Source: an uncultured Candidatus Saccharibacteria bacterium (GTDB lineage Bacteria > Patescibacteriota > Minisyncoccia > Sungbacterales > HO2-52-23). Taken from it: 44,640 nucleotides of DNA. Location: the NCBI GenBank assembly GCA_964373875.1, contig CAYJWH010000002.1, positions 1 through 44,640 of the forward strand, given 5' to 3'. Shown in pieces: positions 9,495 through 17,774 of the stretch. Below the pieces are notes generated by a model. The model was given only the letters and a program-made list of their open reading frames with translations, was not told where the DNA came from and made no database searches. How positions within the stretch are numbered: the stretch's first letter is position 1; every line of letters starts with the position of its first letter. The position numbers and the translations under genes are program-made.

Positions 9495-9788
9495 ATGATT
9501 CAGTTCTACTTGAGAATCCGCAGTTCCTTCGCTACTTTCCTTACCAACAATATCTATTGGCAGAAAGTTTTCGAAAATCTATTTGATGTTGTTGCCTCGG
9601 TGTTCATAAATTTTGGAGCATTTGTTATAGCTGCGAAGGTTGCACACTATTCCAGTTTGCTTGCTATTATACTCTTTCTTATCGGCATAACGTCTTTCGG
9701 CGCTTTTTTGCACGGACTTATCCGCCTGCTCATTTCCCACCATAAAGCAATAATGGATTTCCACCGACGGTGGAAGAAGCTCAACTGA
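9495..9788 (+). CDS. Hypothetical small membrane protein, opposite strand between dnaK and grpE
   Basis: 97 aa with two or three hydrophobic segments. GAGAGG lies 5 nt upstream of the ATG. Confidence 0.45.
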   Translation: MIQFYLRIRSSFATFLTNNIYWQKVFENLFDVVASVFINFGAFVIAAKVAHYSSLLAIILFLIGITSFGAFLHGLIRLLISHHKAIMDFHRRWKKLN

Positions 9789-9806
9789 TGAACCCCTAGG
9801 GGTTCA
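9789..9806. terminator. Palindrome at the convergent ends of the 97-aa ORF and grpE
   Basis: TGAACCCCTAGGGGTTCA is a perfect 18-nt palindrome followed by CTTTTAATTTT. It overlaps the grpE stop. Confidence 0.5.
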
Positions 9807-10335
9807 CTTTTAATTTTGCCAACCTCACTCTTGCCGGTCTCAATACTCGTCCACGAAGTGTATATCCCTTTTGCACTTCTTCGGCTATGGTTCCTTCTTC
9901 TTTATCCGATTCGACCTCTCCGATGCTTTCGTGCTTTTCTGGATCAAATTTTTCTCCGGTTTCTACTTTTATTTGCTCAAGCCCCCTTTTCTTCAAAATA
10001 TCTCCAAATTGAGACCTTATCAACAATACTCCCCGCTCAAGCCCGCCCAAGTTTTGACTTTCAAAATTTAGGTGGGCAAGTTCAAAACTATCGAGCACCG
10101 GCAAAATATCTTGAATAAGTCCTGTGGTGACGAATCTGGCCATATCTTCCATCCGTTTCCCTTCGTCGTTTCTGTAATTTATAAAATCCGCTTTGGCCCT
10201 CTGCCATCCGTCCAAGTACTCCTTTTTCTCGTCCCCGCATTTTCGGAGGTCGTCTTTTAACTTCTTTAACTTTTTTTGAAGATCCGGCAGTTCTCCCTCC
10301 TCATCCGGTATAAGTTCAATATCATCATTCATCAT
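9796..10335 (-). CDS. grpE: Nucleotide exchange factor GrpE
   Basis: The C-terminal half shows GrpE-like patterns (R..AD..N.R.R ... FDP..H.A ... GY.L..RV.R.A.V). I prefer the start at MMNDD (10335 or 10332), which overlaps the hrcA stop by about 10 nt. The track ORF extends to 10407. Confidence 0.9.
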   Translation of the reverse strand: MMNDDIELIPDEEGELPDLQKKLKKLKDDLRKCGDEKKEYLDGWQRAKADFINYRNDEGKRMEDMARFVTTGLIQDILPVLDSFELAHLNFESQNLGGLERGVLLIRSQFGDILKKRGLEQIKVETGEKFDPEKHESIGEVESDKEEGTIAEEVQKGYTLRGRVLRPARVRLAKLKVNP

Positions 10336-11074
10336 AATTTTCCGAGATTTTCCTAATACTTTTAATAAGCGCGTTATGCTTTGGGTAGTTGGTTCGGCGA
10401 GGTCCAACCATGGTCACAAATCCCTGAAAACCCCCGGGGTGATGCCAGGAAGAGACAAACATACTAAATTCCCCCGCCTCTTTAAGCGGATTTTCCCTGC
10501 CGATAAATACCTTGTCCTCGAATTCAGAGTCATCGAACATATCTCGAACCGACTCGTCCAAAAGATCGGCAAGCCGCCCAAACATACGCGCTTGTTCAAT
10601 GTCGTATAACTCCGGTTCATCTAATAGTTTTGCAAATCCCGCCTCGTAAAAAAGCCCGGCCCCGTACCGAGCCCTGCTCCGGTACCGGTGATCCTCCCCT
10701 AGCACGCCAACGGCAGTAAATGTATCCGCGATTCCGGCAATAGCTCGGGTAAATTCTTTTACAAAGTCATCTACTTCGTTTATCGCAAAAGCCCTAGTAA
10801 GCAATTCCTCATCTTTGCTGGTCAAGTACATTTCAGACAAGAGGTTATCCACAAAAAACCTGTATCCTCGGTCAGTAGGTACACGTCCGGAGGAAGTGTG
10901 CGGCTGTTCTAAAAGCCCTAGCTCATCAAGAGCCAGCATCTCATTTCGCAATGTAGCGGGACTCACTTTAAATCCCGACCTAAGCAGATCCTGCGATGCC
11001 ACCGGGCGGGCGGTTTTAATATGCTCAAGCACGGTTGCCTTAAGCACTGTTTTTTGGCGCTCTTTTAGGACCAT
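10325..11074 (-). CDS. hrcA: Heat-inducible transcription repressor HrcA (short, 249 aa)
   Basis: The N-terminal winged helix (R...VL...V..HI....PV.S..L......VS.AT.RNEM..L...G.L.QPHTSSGR.PT..GYR.F) is typical HrcA. It sits upstream of grpE and downstream of CIRCE. Confidence 0.9.
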   Translation of the reverse strand: MVLKERQKTVLKATVLEHIKTARPVASQDLLRSGFKVSPATLRNEMLALDELGLLEQPHTSSGRVPTDRGYRFFVDNLLSEMYLTSKDEELLTRAFAINEVDDFVKEFTRAIAGIADTFTAVGVLGEDHRYRSRARYGAGLFYEAGFAKLLDEPELYDIEQARMFGRLADLLDESVRDMFDDSEFEDKVFIGRENPLKEAGEFSMFVSSWHHPGGFQGFVTMVGPRRTNYPKHNALIKSIRKISENYDE

Positions 11075-11083
11075 GTTCTCTTT

Positions 11084-11111
11084 ATTTTAGGTCATTTAGC
11101 ACTCTTGTCAA
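11084..11111 (-). promoter_or_regulatory. Putative sigma-70 promoter of hrcA; the -35 lies inside the CIRCE spacer
   Basis: On the minus strand: TTGACA (11111-11106), 16-nt spacer, TAAAAT (11089-11084), then 9 nt to the ATG. Confidence 0.5.
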
Positions 11112-11122
11112 TAGAGTGCTAA
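11096..11122. promoter_or_regulatory. CIRCE operator (HrcA binding site)
   Basis: TTAGCACTC-N9-GAGTGCTAA, a perfect match to the CIRCE consensus, 22 nt upstream of the hrcA ATG. Confidence 0.95.
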
Positions 11123-11130
11123 AGCCAGAT

Positions 11131-11162
11131 CGTCGCAAAATCCTGCTGGGGATTTTGCGACG
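11131..11162. repeat. 13-bp GC-rich hairpin; related copy at 36286-36308
   Basis: CGTCGCAAAATCC-TGCTGG-GGATTTTGCGACG. The core CAAAATCC(Y)GCTGGG(R)ATTTTG recurs in the rpoB upstream region. Confidence 0.7.
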
Positions 11163-11233
11163 CTTTCAGAGGCGCATTCCAAGGGAACCGCAAGCAAGTT
11201 TCCGTTTGCGCCTAAATTTGGTATATTTAAACA

Positions 11234-12187
11234 ATGCAAATATTCACCGACATTTTCACACTGGCTTTAGCGCTTTTCGCGGTAGCTCGAGGCGCGGGAC
11301 TTATCATTAAATATATGCCGCCGCTTGCTTTGCTCTTTGGATTGTCCGGATTTCTTACAAGTTTTCTCATAGTCGGAGTAATTTCCGTATTCCCGGAGCT
11401 CTCCATCTCCATTATCTCGGCGATTAAAGGAGTGCCGGCATTGGGACTGGGAACTATTTTTGGATCAAATGTGGCTGACCTCACTTTAGTTCTCGGCATT
11501 GCCGCGTTATTTGCCGGAAAGGGACTTAGAGTCAGGTCAAACTTTCTCAAAGACGACTTGATACTCATCGCTCCCCTGCTTCTGCCAATAGCTCTCGGCA
11601 TTGATGGAGAATTTTCAAGAATGGATGGCGCCACTCTGATCACCGCGGGACTGATTGTTTTTTTCTTTTTGTACCAAAGAAACAAGAAAGAACATTTTAA
11701 GGATGTCGGCCATTTACGAGGTATGGAACTTTTAAAAGCATTCTCGTTTTTTGTATTTGGCTTGGGAGCGCTTATCGGCGGGGCTTATACTACGGTTATA
11801 TTCGCGGAAAGAATTTCTAACTTCCTGCTTCTGCCCGAAGTGCTCATGGGAATCTCCTTTGTAACGTTTGGAACGCTTATTCCGGAGCTTATTTTTTCCA
11901 TAAAAGCCGCTCGCGCCAAAGAGGGCGAGTTGGTTCTTGGCGACATACTTGGAATCGTAATTACCGATATTACCTTAGTTTTGGGAGTAATGTCGTTTTT
12001 GAGTCCTTTCTCTTTTGACTCCAAGCTGATATCTTTTGCTGGGTTTGCCATGGTGTTTGCCGCTCTGGTGTCGTTAAGTTTTATGAAATCCGGCCGGATT
12101 TTATCCAAAAACGAGGGTGTGATTTTGGTATTTCTGTACATAATATTTTTGTCCATGGCCTTCTCGCTAGAAGGCGGCCTTCTCTAA
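11234..12187 (+). CDS. Ca2+/Na+ (CaCA family, YrbG-like) antiporter
   Basis: 317 aa, polytopic. Two alpha-repeat-like motifs are present: FPELSISIISA..G...LGLGTIFGSNVADLTLVLG and LIPELIFSIKAA.....LVLGDILGIVITDITLVLG. Confidence 0.8.
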   Translation: MQIFTDIFTLALALFAVARGAGLIIKYMPPLALLFGLSGFLTSFLIVGVISVFPELSISIISAIKGVPALGLGTIFGSNVADLTLVLGIAALFAGKGLRVRSNFLKDDLILIAPLLLPIALGIDGEFSRMDGATLITAGLIVFFFLYQRNKKEHFKDVGHLRGMELLKAFSFFVFGLGALIGGAYTTVIFAERISNFLLLPEVLMGISFVTFGTLIPELIFSIKAARAKEGELVLGDILGIVITDITLVLGVMSFLSPFSFDSKLISFAGFAMVFAALVSLSFMKSGRILSKNEGVILVFLYIIFLSMAFSLEGGLL

Positions 12188-12195
12188 TCTGATTT

Positions 12196-13620
12196 ATGCT
12201 AAAACTCTACAATACCCTTACCCGCAAAAAAGAAACTTTTAAACCGATCCATAAGGATTGGGTTGGTTTATATACCTGCGGACCGACGGTTTATAATTAT
12301 GCTCATATCGGAAATTTGAGAACATATATCTTTGAGGACATACTGCGGCGCACATTAGAATATGCCGGCCACAAAGTAAAACACATAATGAACATTACGG
12401 ACGTAGGACACCTGACTTCCGATGCCGATGAAGGAGAAGATAAACTGGAAAAAGGAGCAAAGCGTGAGAAAAAGTCCGTATGGGACATTACAAAGTTTTA
12501 TACAAGAGCTTTTCTTAATGATGTTGAACGCCTAAATATTAAAAGGGCGCATAAGTTAGTTCCGGCTACAAGAGAGATTCAAGAACAAACCAAAGTCATA
12601 AGCCGACTTTTTGAAGGCGGATATGCTTACGAAACTGAACAAGCGGTCTATTTTGACGTGACCAAATTCAAAGAATACACAAAACTATCCAAGCAAAAAC
12701 TTTCTCAAAAGTTAGTTGGGGTGCGGGAAGAAGTGGTTGTGGATCCCAAGAAGCGACACCCCGCGGATTTTGCTTTGTGGTTTAAAATTGTCGGAAGATT
12801 CAAAAACCACACTATGCGCTGGCCTTCTCCCTGGGGTATGGGTTTCCCCGGCTGGCACATAGAGTGCTCGGCAATTTCTTCAAAATACCTGGGACAACCC
12901 TTTGATATCCATAGCGGCGGAGTAGACCATATAAACGTCCATCACACGAATGAAATTGCCCAATCCGAGGGGGCATATGGCAGGCCTCTCGCCAAGGTTT
13001 GGATGCACGGAGAATTTCTGTTGATCAATACCTCCAAAATGGCAAAATCCGGAGAAAATTTTCTTACCTTGAACTTGCTCATAAAAAAGGGGTTTGGTCC
13101 GCTTAGCTACCGCTATTTGGTGCTAACCGCGCATTATCGTTCAAAACTAAACTTTACTTGGGAATCGCTTGCGGCCGCGAACCAATCCTTGAACCGGCTT
13201 TATGATTTTGTTCGGGAACTTAAGAATCCAAACCTCGCCAAGGCGGACTATAGAGGTTTAGCCTCTATAGTAAAAAGTCAATTTGAGCGGGCCATTTTTG
13301 ATGATCTCGACACCCCCAAGGCTCTTGCTGCCCTATGGCAGTTTATAAGTGACTATCGAAAAAATCCGGGTAAATTCAATAGCAAAGAAGTTCTTGGCCT
13401 TCTCTACAATTTTGATCGGGTACTCGGACTTGGATTAAAAAATATTAAGCTTGAAAAAATTCCCGTAGAAATAAAAAAACTCGCGTCGGAGCGAGAACAA
13501 ACACGAAAGAGTAAAGATTGGAGTAAGGCAGATAAACTACGAAAGGAAATTGAACTTCAGGGATACGAAATAAAAGATACTCCCGAAGGGCCAAAAATTA
13601 TGCGGCGCCCCGACAGGTAG
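12196..13620 (+). CDS. cysS: Cysteinyl-tRNA synthetase
   Basis: 474 aa with YTCGPTVYNYAHIGN (HIGH motif), the KMAKS (KMSKS) motif, and GWHIECS. Confidence 0.96.
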   Translation: MLKLYNTLTRKKETFKPIHKDWVGLYTCGPTVYNYAHIGNLRTYIFEDILRRTLEYAGHKVKHIMNITDVGHLTSDADEGEDKLEKGAKREKKSVWDITKFYTRAFLNDVERLNIKRAHKLVPATREIQEQTKVISRLFEGGYAYETEQAVYFDVTKFKEYTKLSKQKLSQKLVGVREEVVVDPKKRHPADFALWFKIVGRFKNHTMRWPSPWGMGFPGWHIECSAISSKYLGQPFDIHSGGVDHINVHHTNEIAQSEGAYGRPLAKVWMHGEFLLINTSKMAKSGENFLTLNLLIKKGFGPLSYRYLVLTAHYRSKLNFTWESLAAANQSLNRLYDFVRELKNPNLAKADYRGLASIVKSQFERAIFDDLDTPKALAALWQFISDYRKNPGKFNSKEVLGLLYNFDRVLGLGLKNIKLEKIPVEIKKLASEREQTRKSKDWSKADKLRKEIELQGYEIKDTPEGPKIMRRPDR

Positions 13621-13655
13621 AAGACCCGAAGGAGCGCCAAGGTTGTTGCCGGTGG

Positions 13656-13952
13656 TCAGCCGTCGCCACGCGGCCATTTTTGGTTGTGGGTGAGTGGATC
13701 ATCCGCTCGCTTGGGCGGTGAGGCCGTAGGCCTCGAGGTGTCCGCTCGCCCCACATCCACCCACTCATCGTTATCGCCGGATGCCGGCCTCGGCGGCTTC
13801 TGCTTCGGTTCCGTCAGTAGAGTGATCGCGACGGCCGCGGCGAGAAAAGGAACAACAGCCAAGACAGTCGCCACCATCAGTGAGAGGCCGAAGAGCGGAG
13901 ACACGGTTACAATCAAAAGGGCGAGAACGGTCAGAAATGCGATGCTCTTCAT
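13656..13952 (-). CDS. Hypothetical small membrane protein with a Pro/charge-rich tail
   Basis: 98 aa. A perfect AAGGAGG SD (13964-13958) lies 5 nt from the ATG. There are two hydrophobic helices. It is visibly more GC-rich than its neighbours. Confidence 0.6.
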   Translation of the reverse strand: MKSIAFLTVLALLIVTVSPLFGLSLMVATVLAVVPFLAAAVAITLLTEPKQKPPRPASGDNDEWVDVGRADTSRPTASPPKRADDPLTHNQKWPRGDG

Positions 13953-14072
13953 GTGAACCTCCTTGTCCGAAAGTCGGACTTTTATATAGTACCAGCTTAA
14001 TTTAATTTAGCAAGTTTGCTATCAATCTTTTTTACTATTGCTTTAAATCGAGCAGAAATTTACACTATTAAC

Positions 14073-15452
14073 ATGATGGCGCAGTTTACAGAAAAAAACC
14101 AAGATGTCCGCAAACCTCCTCAAGACGTAGAGGCCGAGATTTCCGCCCTTGGTTCCTTGATGCTTGATAAAGACGCGATCTACAGAATCGTGGATTATTT
14201 AAGCGCGAAGGACTTTTACAAGCCCGGTCACCATACAATTTACTCGGCCATGCTTGATCTTTGGAATAAACGAGAGCCCATTGATGTCCTAAGCGTTACC
14301 AGCCGCTTGCGAGAGCTTGGGAAACTTGAGGAAATCGGAGGGTCAACCTATCTTGCCACCTTGATAAATTCCGTGCCAACGGCAAGCCATGTGGATCACT
14401 ACGCCGCCATAGTTCGAAAAAAAAGACTGCTCCGCGACCTTATTGATGCATCGCATCATATAGCACAACTTGGTTACAATGAAGCGGAAAATGTGGAGAT
14501 TTTGCTTGACGAGGCCGAGCAGAAAATTTTTGGTATAGCCAAAGATTCCTTAAGACAAGAATTTTTTGCCGTAAAGGATGCCCTTGAGGAGGCCTGGGAA
14601 AGAATAGAGATGATACATCGAGATCGGGATACACTGCGCGGAGTTTCAACCGGCTTTAAAGACCTTGATGATGTGCTTGGAGGATTGCAGCGTTCAAATT
14701 TGGTGGTTCTTGCCGCACGGCCCAGCTTGGGGAAAACGTCGCTCGCCCTTGATTTCGCTAGAAATGCCGCGCGCCTTAATCATCCGGTTGGCTTTTTCAG
14801 TTTAGAAATGTCAAGAGAAGAACTTGTCGACCGCCTGATCGCGGCCGAAGCTGGCGTGGATCTTTGGCGGCTCCGCACCGGGCATTTGCGCTCCGATGGA
14901 GAGGATAATGATTTTGTGCGGCTTCAGGACGCCATGGCCAAGCTCTCCGATCTGCCTTTATTTATGGACGACACCGCTGCTCCGACGGTTATGGAGTTAC
15001 GCGCAAAAGCACGCCGCCTGCAAGCAGAAAAAAAGCTTGATCTGGTAGTAGTGGATTATTTACAGCTTATAAGAGGACACAGCAGTTTCGAATCTCGCGT
15101 ACAAGAAGTATCCGAAATATCACGCTCGCTTAAAGCCATGGCCAAAGAACTTAAGGTTCCGGTACTTGCTGTCTCGCAGCTATCCAGAGGTGTGGAAATG
15201 AGGCCTTCTTCGGTGCCGAAACTCTCCGATCTTCGCGAATCCGGTTCAATAGAGCAGGACGCGGACGTGGTTATGTTTATTTATCGCGAAGACAAAGTAC
15301 GCGAAAATACCGACCGCAAAAATATCGCCGAAATCCAGATTGCCAAGCACCGCAATGGCCCCACCGGCAAAATCGAACTATATTTCCACGAAGAAACTTC
15401 TTCTTTCCGATCAATGGCTAAACATTTAAATGACCAATTTAACGAGATCTAA
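14073..15452 (+). CDS. dnaB: Replicative DNA helicase DnaB
   Basis: P.D.EAE.S.LGS.L at the N-terminus, Walker A ARPSLGKTS, SLEMS, and QLSR. I prefer the ATG at 14073; the track ORF starts at a TTG at 14016. Its size is normal, so there is no intein. Confidence 0.95.
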   Translation: MMAQFTEKNQDVRKPPQDVEAEISALGSLMLDKDAIYRIVDYLSAKDFYKPGHHTIYSAMLDLWNKREPIDVLSVTSRLRELGKLEEIGGSTYLATLINSVPTASHVDHYAAIVRKKRLLRDLIDASHHIAQLGYNEAENVEILLDEAEQKIFGIAKDSLRQEFFAVKDALEEAWERIEMIHRDRDTLRGVSTGFKDLDDVLGGLQRSNLVVLAARPSLGKTSLALDFARNAARLNHPVGFFSLEMSREELVDRLIAAEAGVDLWRLRTGHLRSDGEDNDFVRLQDAMAKLSDLPLFMDDTAAPTVMELRAKARRLQAEKKLDLVVVDYLQLIRGHSSFESRVQEVSEISRSLKAMAKELKVPVLAVSQLSRGVEMRPSSVPKLSDLRESGSIEQDADVVMFIYREDKVRENTDRKNIAEIQIAKHRNGPTGKIELYFHEETSSFRSMAKHLNDQFNEI

Positions 15453-15455
15453 AGC

Positions 15456-16082
15456 ATGTATCCCAAACCCGTCGAGCGGCTAGTTGAATTATTCGCTAAA
15501 TTCCCGGGAATCGGCCCTCGTCAGGCGGCACGATTTGCCTTTTTTTTACTTAAAGGAAACGGAAACTTTCTAAATGACCTAATCTCTTCTTTAAAATTAC
15601 TCCAAGAGGGTGTGAGATTTTGTTCTCTCTGTTATCGTTCCATGGAAAGAAATGGAAACAAGCTCCATTGCAATTTATGTTTAGATGATAAGCGCGAAAA
15701 GACGCTTATTGCCGTAGTAGAAAAAGAATCCGATCTGCATAACATGGAAAGAACAAACGCCTACCGCGGAATCTACCACGTGCTTGGCGGGGTCATATCT
15801 CCTCTTGATCCGGACTCGCCCAAACAAATTCATTTGAAGGAATTGCACGCGCGAGTAACCGAGACGCTTTCGAAAAACGGAGATTGCGAGGTTATTTTGG
15901 CAACCAACCCGACGGCCGAAGGAGATACTACCGCGCTCTACATAGATCGCGTACTTGCCCCTTTGAAAGAAAAACATCCAAAACTGAAAATTTCGCGCCT
16001 GGGGCGGGGGCTTTCCCTCGGGTCCGAGTTGGAACATGTGGATGAGATAACGCTAAAAAGCGCTCTACACAACCGGAAATAA
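15456..16082 (+). CDS. recR: Recombination protein RecR
   Basis: 208 aa with L...F.K.PGIG.R.A.R.AF, a C4 zinc finger (CSLC...CNLC) and a Toprim-like region. Confidence 0.93.
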   Translation: MYPKPVERLVELFAKFPGIGPRQAARFAFFLLKGNGNFLNDLISSLKLLQEGVRFCSLCYRSMERNGNKLHCNLCLDDKREKTLIAVVEKESDLHNMERTNAYRGIYHVLGGVISPLDPDSPKQIHLKELHARVTETLSKNGDCEVILATNPTAEGDTTALYIDRVLAPLKEKHPKLKISRLGRGLSLGSELEHVDEITLKSALHNRK

Positions 16083-16085
16083 AAA

Positions 16086-16123
16086 AGTTACAAACGCAAT
16101 GCTATAGCTTGGCGTTTGTAACT
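16086..16123. terminator. Bidirectional terminator between recR and rplU; GCTATAGC-apex family copy 3
   Basis: AGTTACAAACGCAA / TGCTATAGCT / TGGCGTTTGTAACT, flanked by A6 on the left and T5 on the right. Confidence 0.7.
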
Positions 16124-16125
16124 TT

Positions 16126-16443
16126 TTAGCTCGTAATCTTTGATATCTCAACTTCCGTAAACGGTTGCCGGTGGCCCTTCTTTTTTCTGTACCGGGTCTT
16201 TGCATGATATTTGAAAACAATTACTTTATCTCCCCTACCCTGCTTTATGACTTTGGCCTCCACTTTAGCACCTGACACATGCGGCGTTCCTACTTCAACT
16301 TTTTTGTCGTCTCCGGCAAGAAGCACTTGATCAAAATTAAAGGCGTCGCCCTCTTTGGCATCCAATTTTTCGATTTTTAGTTTCTGGCCGGGAGTAACTA
16401 AATATTGTTTCCCGCCTGTTTTAATAACTGCGAATTGTTCCAT
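16126..16443 (-). CDS. rplU: 50S ribosomal protein L21
   Basis: 105 aa with FAVI..GGKQY.V..G............G........VLL and KV.VFKY..K..Y.KK.GHRQ. Confidence 0.95.
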   Translation of the reverse strand: MEQFAVIKTGGKQYLVTPGQKLKIEKLDAKEGDAFNFDQVLLAGDDKKVEVGTPHVSGAKVEAKVIKQGRGDKVIVFKYHAKTRYRKKKGHRQPFTEVEISKITS

Positions 16444-16462
16444 AACTTTTGCCGCCGGCTTG

Positions 16463-16493
16463 TCCCGCTATATCGCGAAGCGATATAGCGGGA
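16463..16493. promoter_or_regulatory. 14-bp hairpin in the rplU 5' leader
   Basis: TCCCGCTATATCGC-GAA-GCGATATAGCGGGA. On the plus strand it is followed by T5, and on the minus strand it lies between the putative rplU promoter and the ATG. Confidence 0.4.
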
Positions 16494-16519
16494 TTTTTAT
16501 TACTGCAAACATGATTAAA

Positions 16520-16548
16520 ATAGTATCAGAATTTAAAAAAATGTGCAA
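16520..16548 (-). promoter_or_regulatory. Putative sigma-70 promoter of rplU
   Basis: On the minus strand: TTGCAC (16548-16543), 17-nt spacer, TACTAT (16525-16520). Confidence 0.4.
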
Positions 16549-16560
16549 CTTGCCCAAGTG

Positions 16561-16592
16561 TACTCTAGTGATGCTATAGCATCACTAGAGTA
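16561..16592 (-). terminator. Perfect 32-nt palindrome 3' of rmuC; GCTATAGC-apex family copy 4
   Basis: TACTCTAGTGAT-GCTATAGC-ATCACTAGAGTA, 8 nt after the rmuC stop. Confidence 0.6.
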
Positions 16593-16599
16593 CGCCGAC

Positions 16600-17697
16600 C
16601 TACTCCCGCAAGGCAGGCGCTTCGAGTGTCACCGGTTCAATGTCCATTTTCTCGCCGGTTATCTTCAAAACATCTTTATCAATTTTGCCAAACTCTTTAT
16701 AGGCATTGTTATACATGCTCACGGTAGTTCCCAAATTCTTGCCGAGCTTATGCATATATTCGTCATAACTTACGAGATGGCGACGAAGGTTTTCAACTTG
16801 CCCGATAATTTCCCGCGCCTGTTCCGAAATTTTTTGATTCTTTAGCCCCTGCAAAACGGTCTGCAAATACGCAAGAAATGATGTGGGGGAAACGATAATC
16901 ACTTTTTTCTGTCCGGCGTAGTGAATGAGATTTCGGGTGTCGTCCTCAACCGCGCCAACCTTATTTATCAAAAGATCATAATACACGGCCTCCGAGGGGA
17001 TAAACATAAAAGCAAAATCCATAGTGTTTTCCTCGGGCTTCACGTATTTCGAAGTTTCATCAATACGGATTTTAAGGTCCTGCACAAGGGCCGCCTCATA
17101 CCGTTTTTTTTCGGTAGGATCGCGTGCTTCTAATATCCGGTTGTAGTTCTCAAGACTGAATTTGGAATCAATAGGAATAATACGCTTATCTACATGCACC
17201 ACGGCATCCACGATAACGCCGTCTGAAAACGAATACTGCATTTTGTACGACCCCGGTGGAAGCACGTTTTTTAATACGGTTTCAAGATAGTACTCCCCTA
17301 AAATCCCCCGTTGTTTTGGATTTTTCAAAATATCCTGCAGGTTTTGGAGCTGGCCTGAAAAGTTTACCACTTGGCGATTGGTCTCATCCAGTTTGGTCAA
17401 TTTTTCGGTAACTTCGGAGATAAGCTTCGCCGATTGTCCGGAAATCCCCTGGATAAGCTCGGCGGTTTTGCCCATCTGCTCCTGGTTCGAGCGGTGGGTT
17501 TCGCTAAGTTTTGTATCGATAACATGGCGCAAATCCCGATTCTGTTCGGAGAGTTGTCCCAGCCGCTCCATGAGGGCGCCTATTTTCTCCGCCTCCCCGG
17601 GCTCGGCTTTGTTTTTGCGCGATAAAAACCAAAAAATACCGGCAAACCCGGCTACAATGATAACCGCAAGAACGATAAATTCCATAGTCATAACCAC
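16600..17697 (-). CDS. rmuC: DNA recombination protein RmuC
   Basis: 365 aa with an N-terminal TM helix, a long coiled coil, and a C-terminal nuclease-like region (D..V......IP.DSKF......FMFIPSE). Confidence 0.85.
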   Translation of the reverse strand: MVMTMEFIVLAVIIVAGFAGIFWFLSRKNKAEPGEAEKIGALMERLGQLSEQNRDLRHVIDTKLSETHRSNQEQMGKTAELIQGISGQSAKLISEVTEKLTKLDETNRQVVNFSGQLQNLQDILKNPKQRGILGEYYLETVLKNVLPPGSYKMQYSFSDGVIVDAVVHVDKRIIPIDSKFSLENYNRILEARDPTEKKRYEAALVQDLKIRIDETSKYVKPEENTMDFAFMFIPSEAVYYDLLINKVGAVEDDTRNLIHYAGQKKVIIVSPTSFLAYLQTVLQGLKNQKISEQAREIIGQVENLRRHLVSYDEYMHKLGKNLGTTVSMYNNAYKEFGKIDKDVLKITGEKMDIEPVTLEAPALRE

Positions 17698-17774
17698 AGT
17701 TTAGCGCATACGCAAAACAAGTTCAATCAAAAAGTCTCCAACGGAGAGACTCTTTGCTTGGGGGTTTAGAAACA

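Noticed and set aside
14073-15452. Inteins in the classic hosts dnaB, recA, rpoB, rpoC
   Set aside because: Protein lengths are normal and the conserved motifs are contiguous, with no Cys/Ser...HN-bounded insertions. The only Hint-type domain is the terminal one at 43825-44238.
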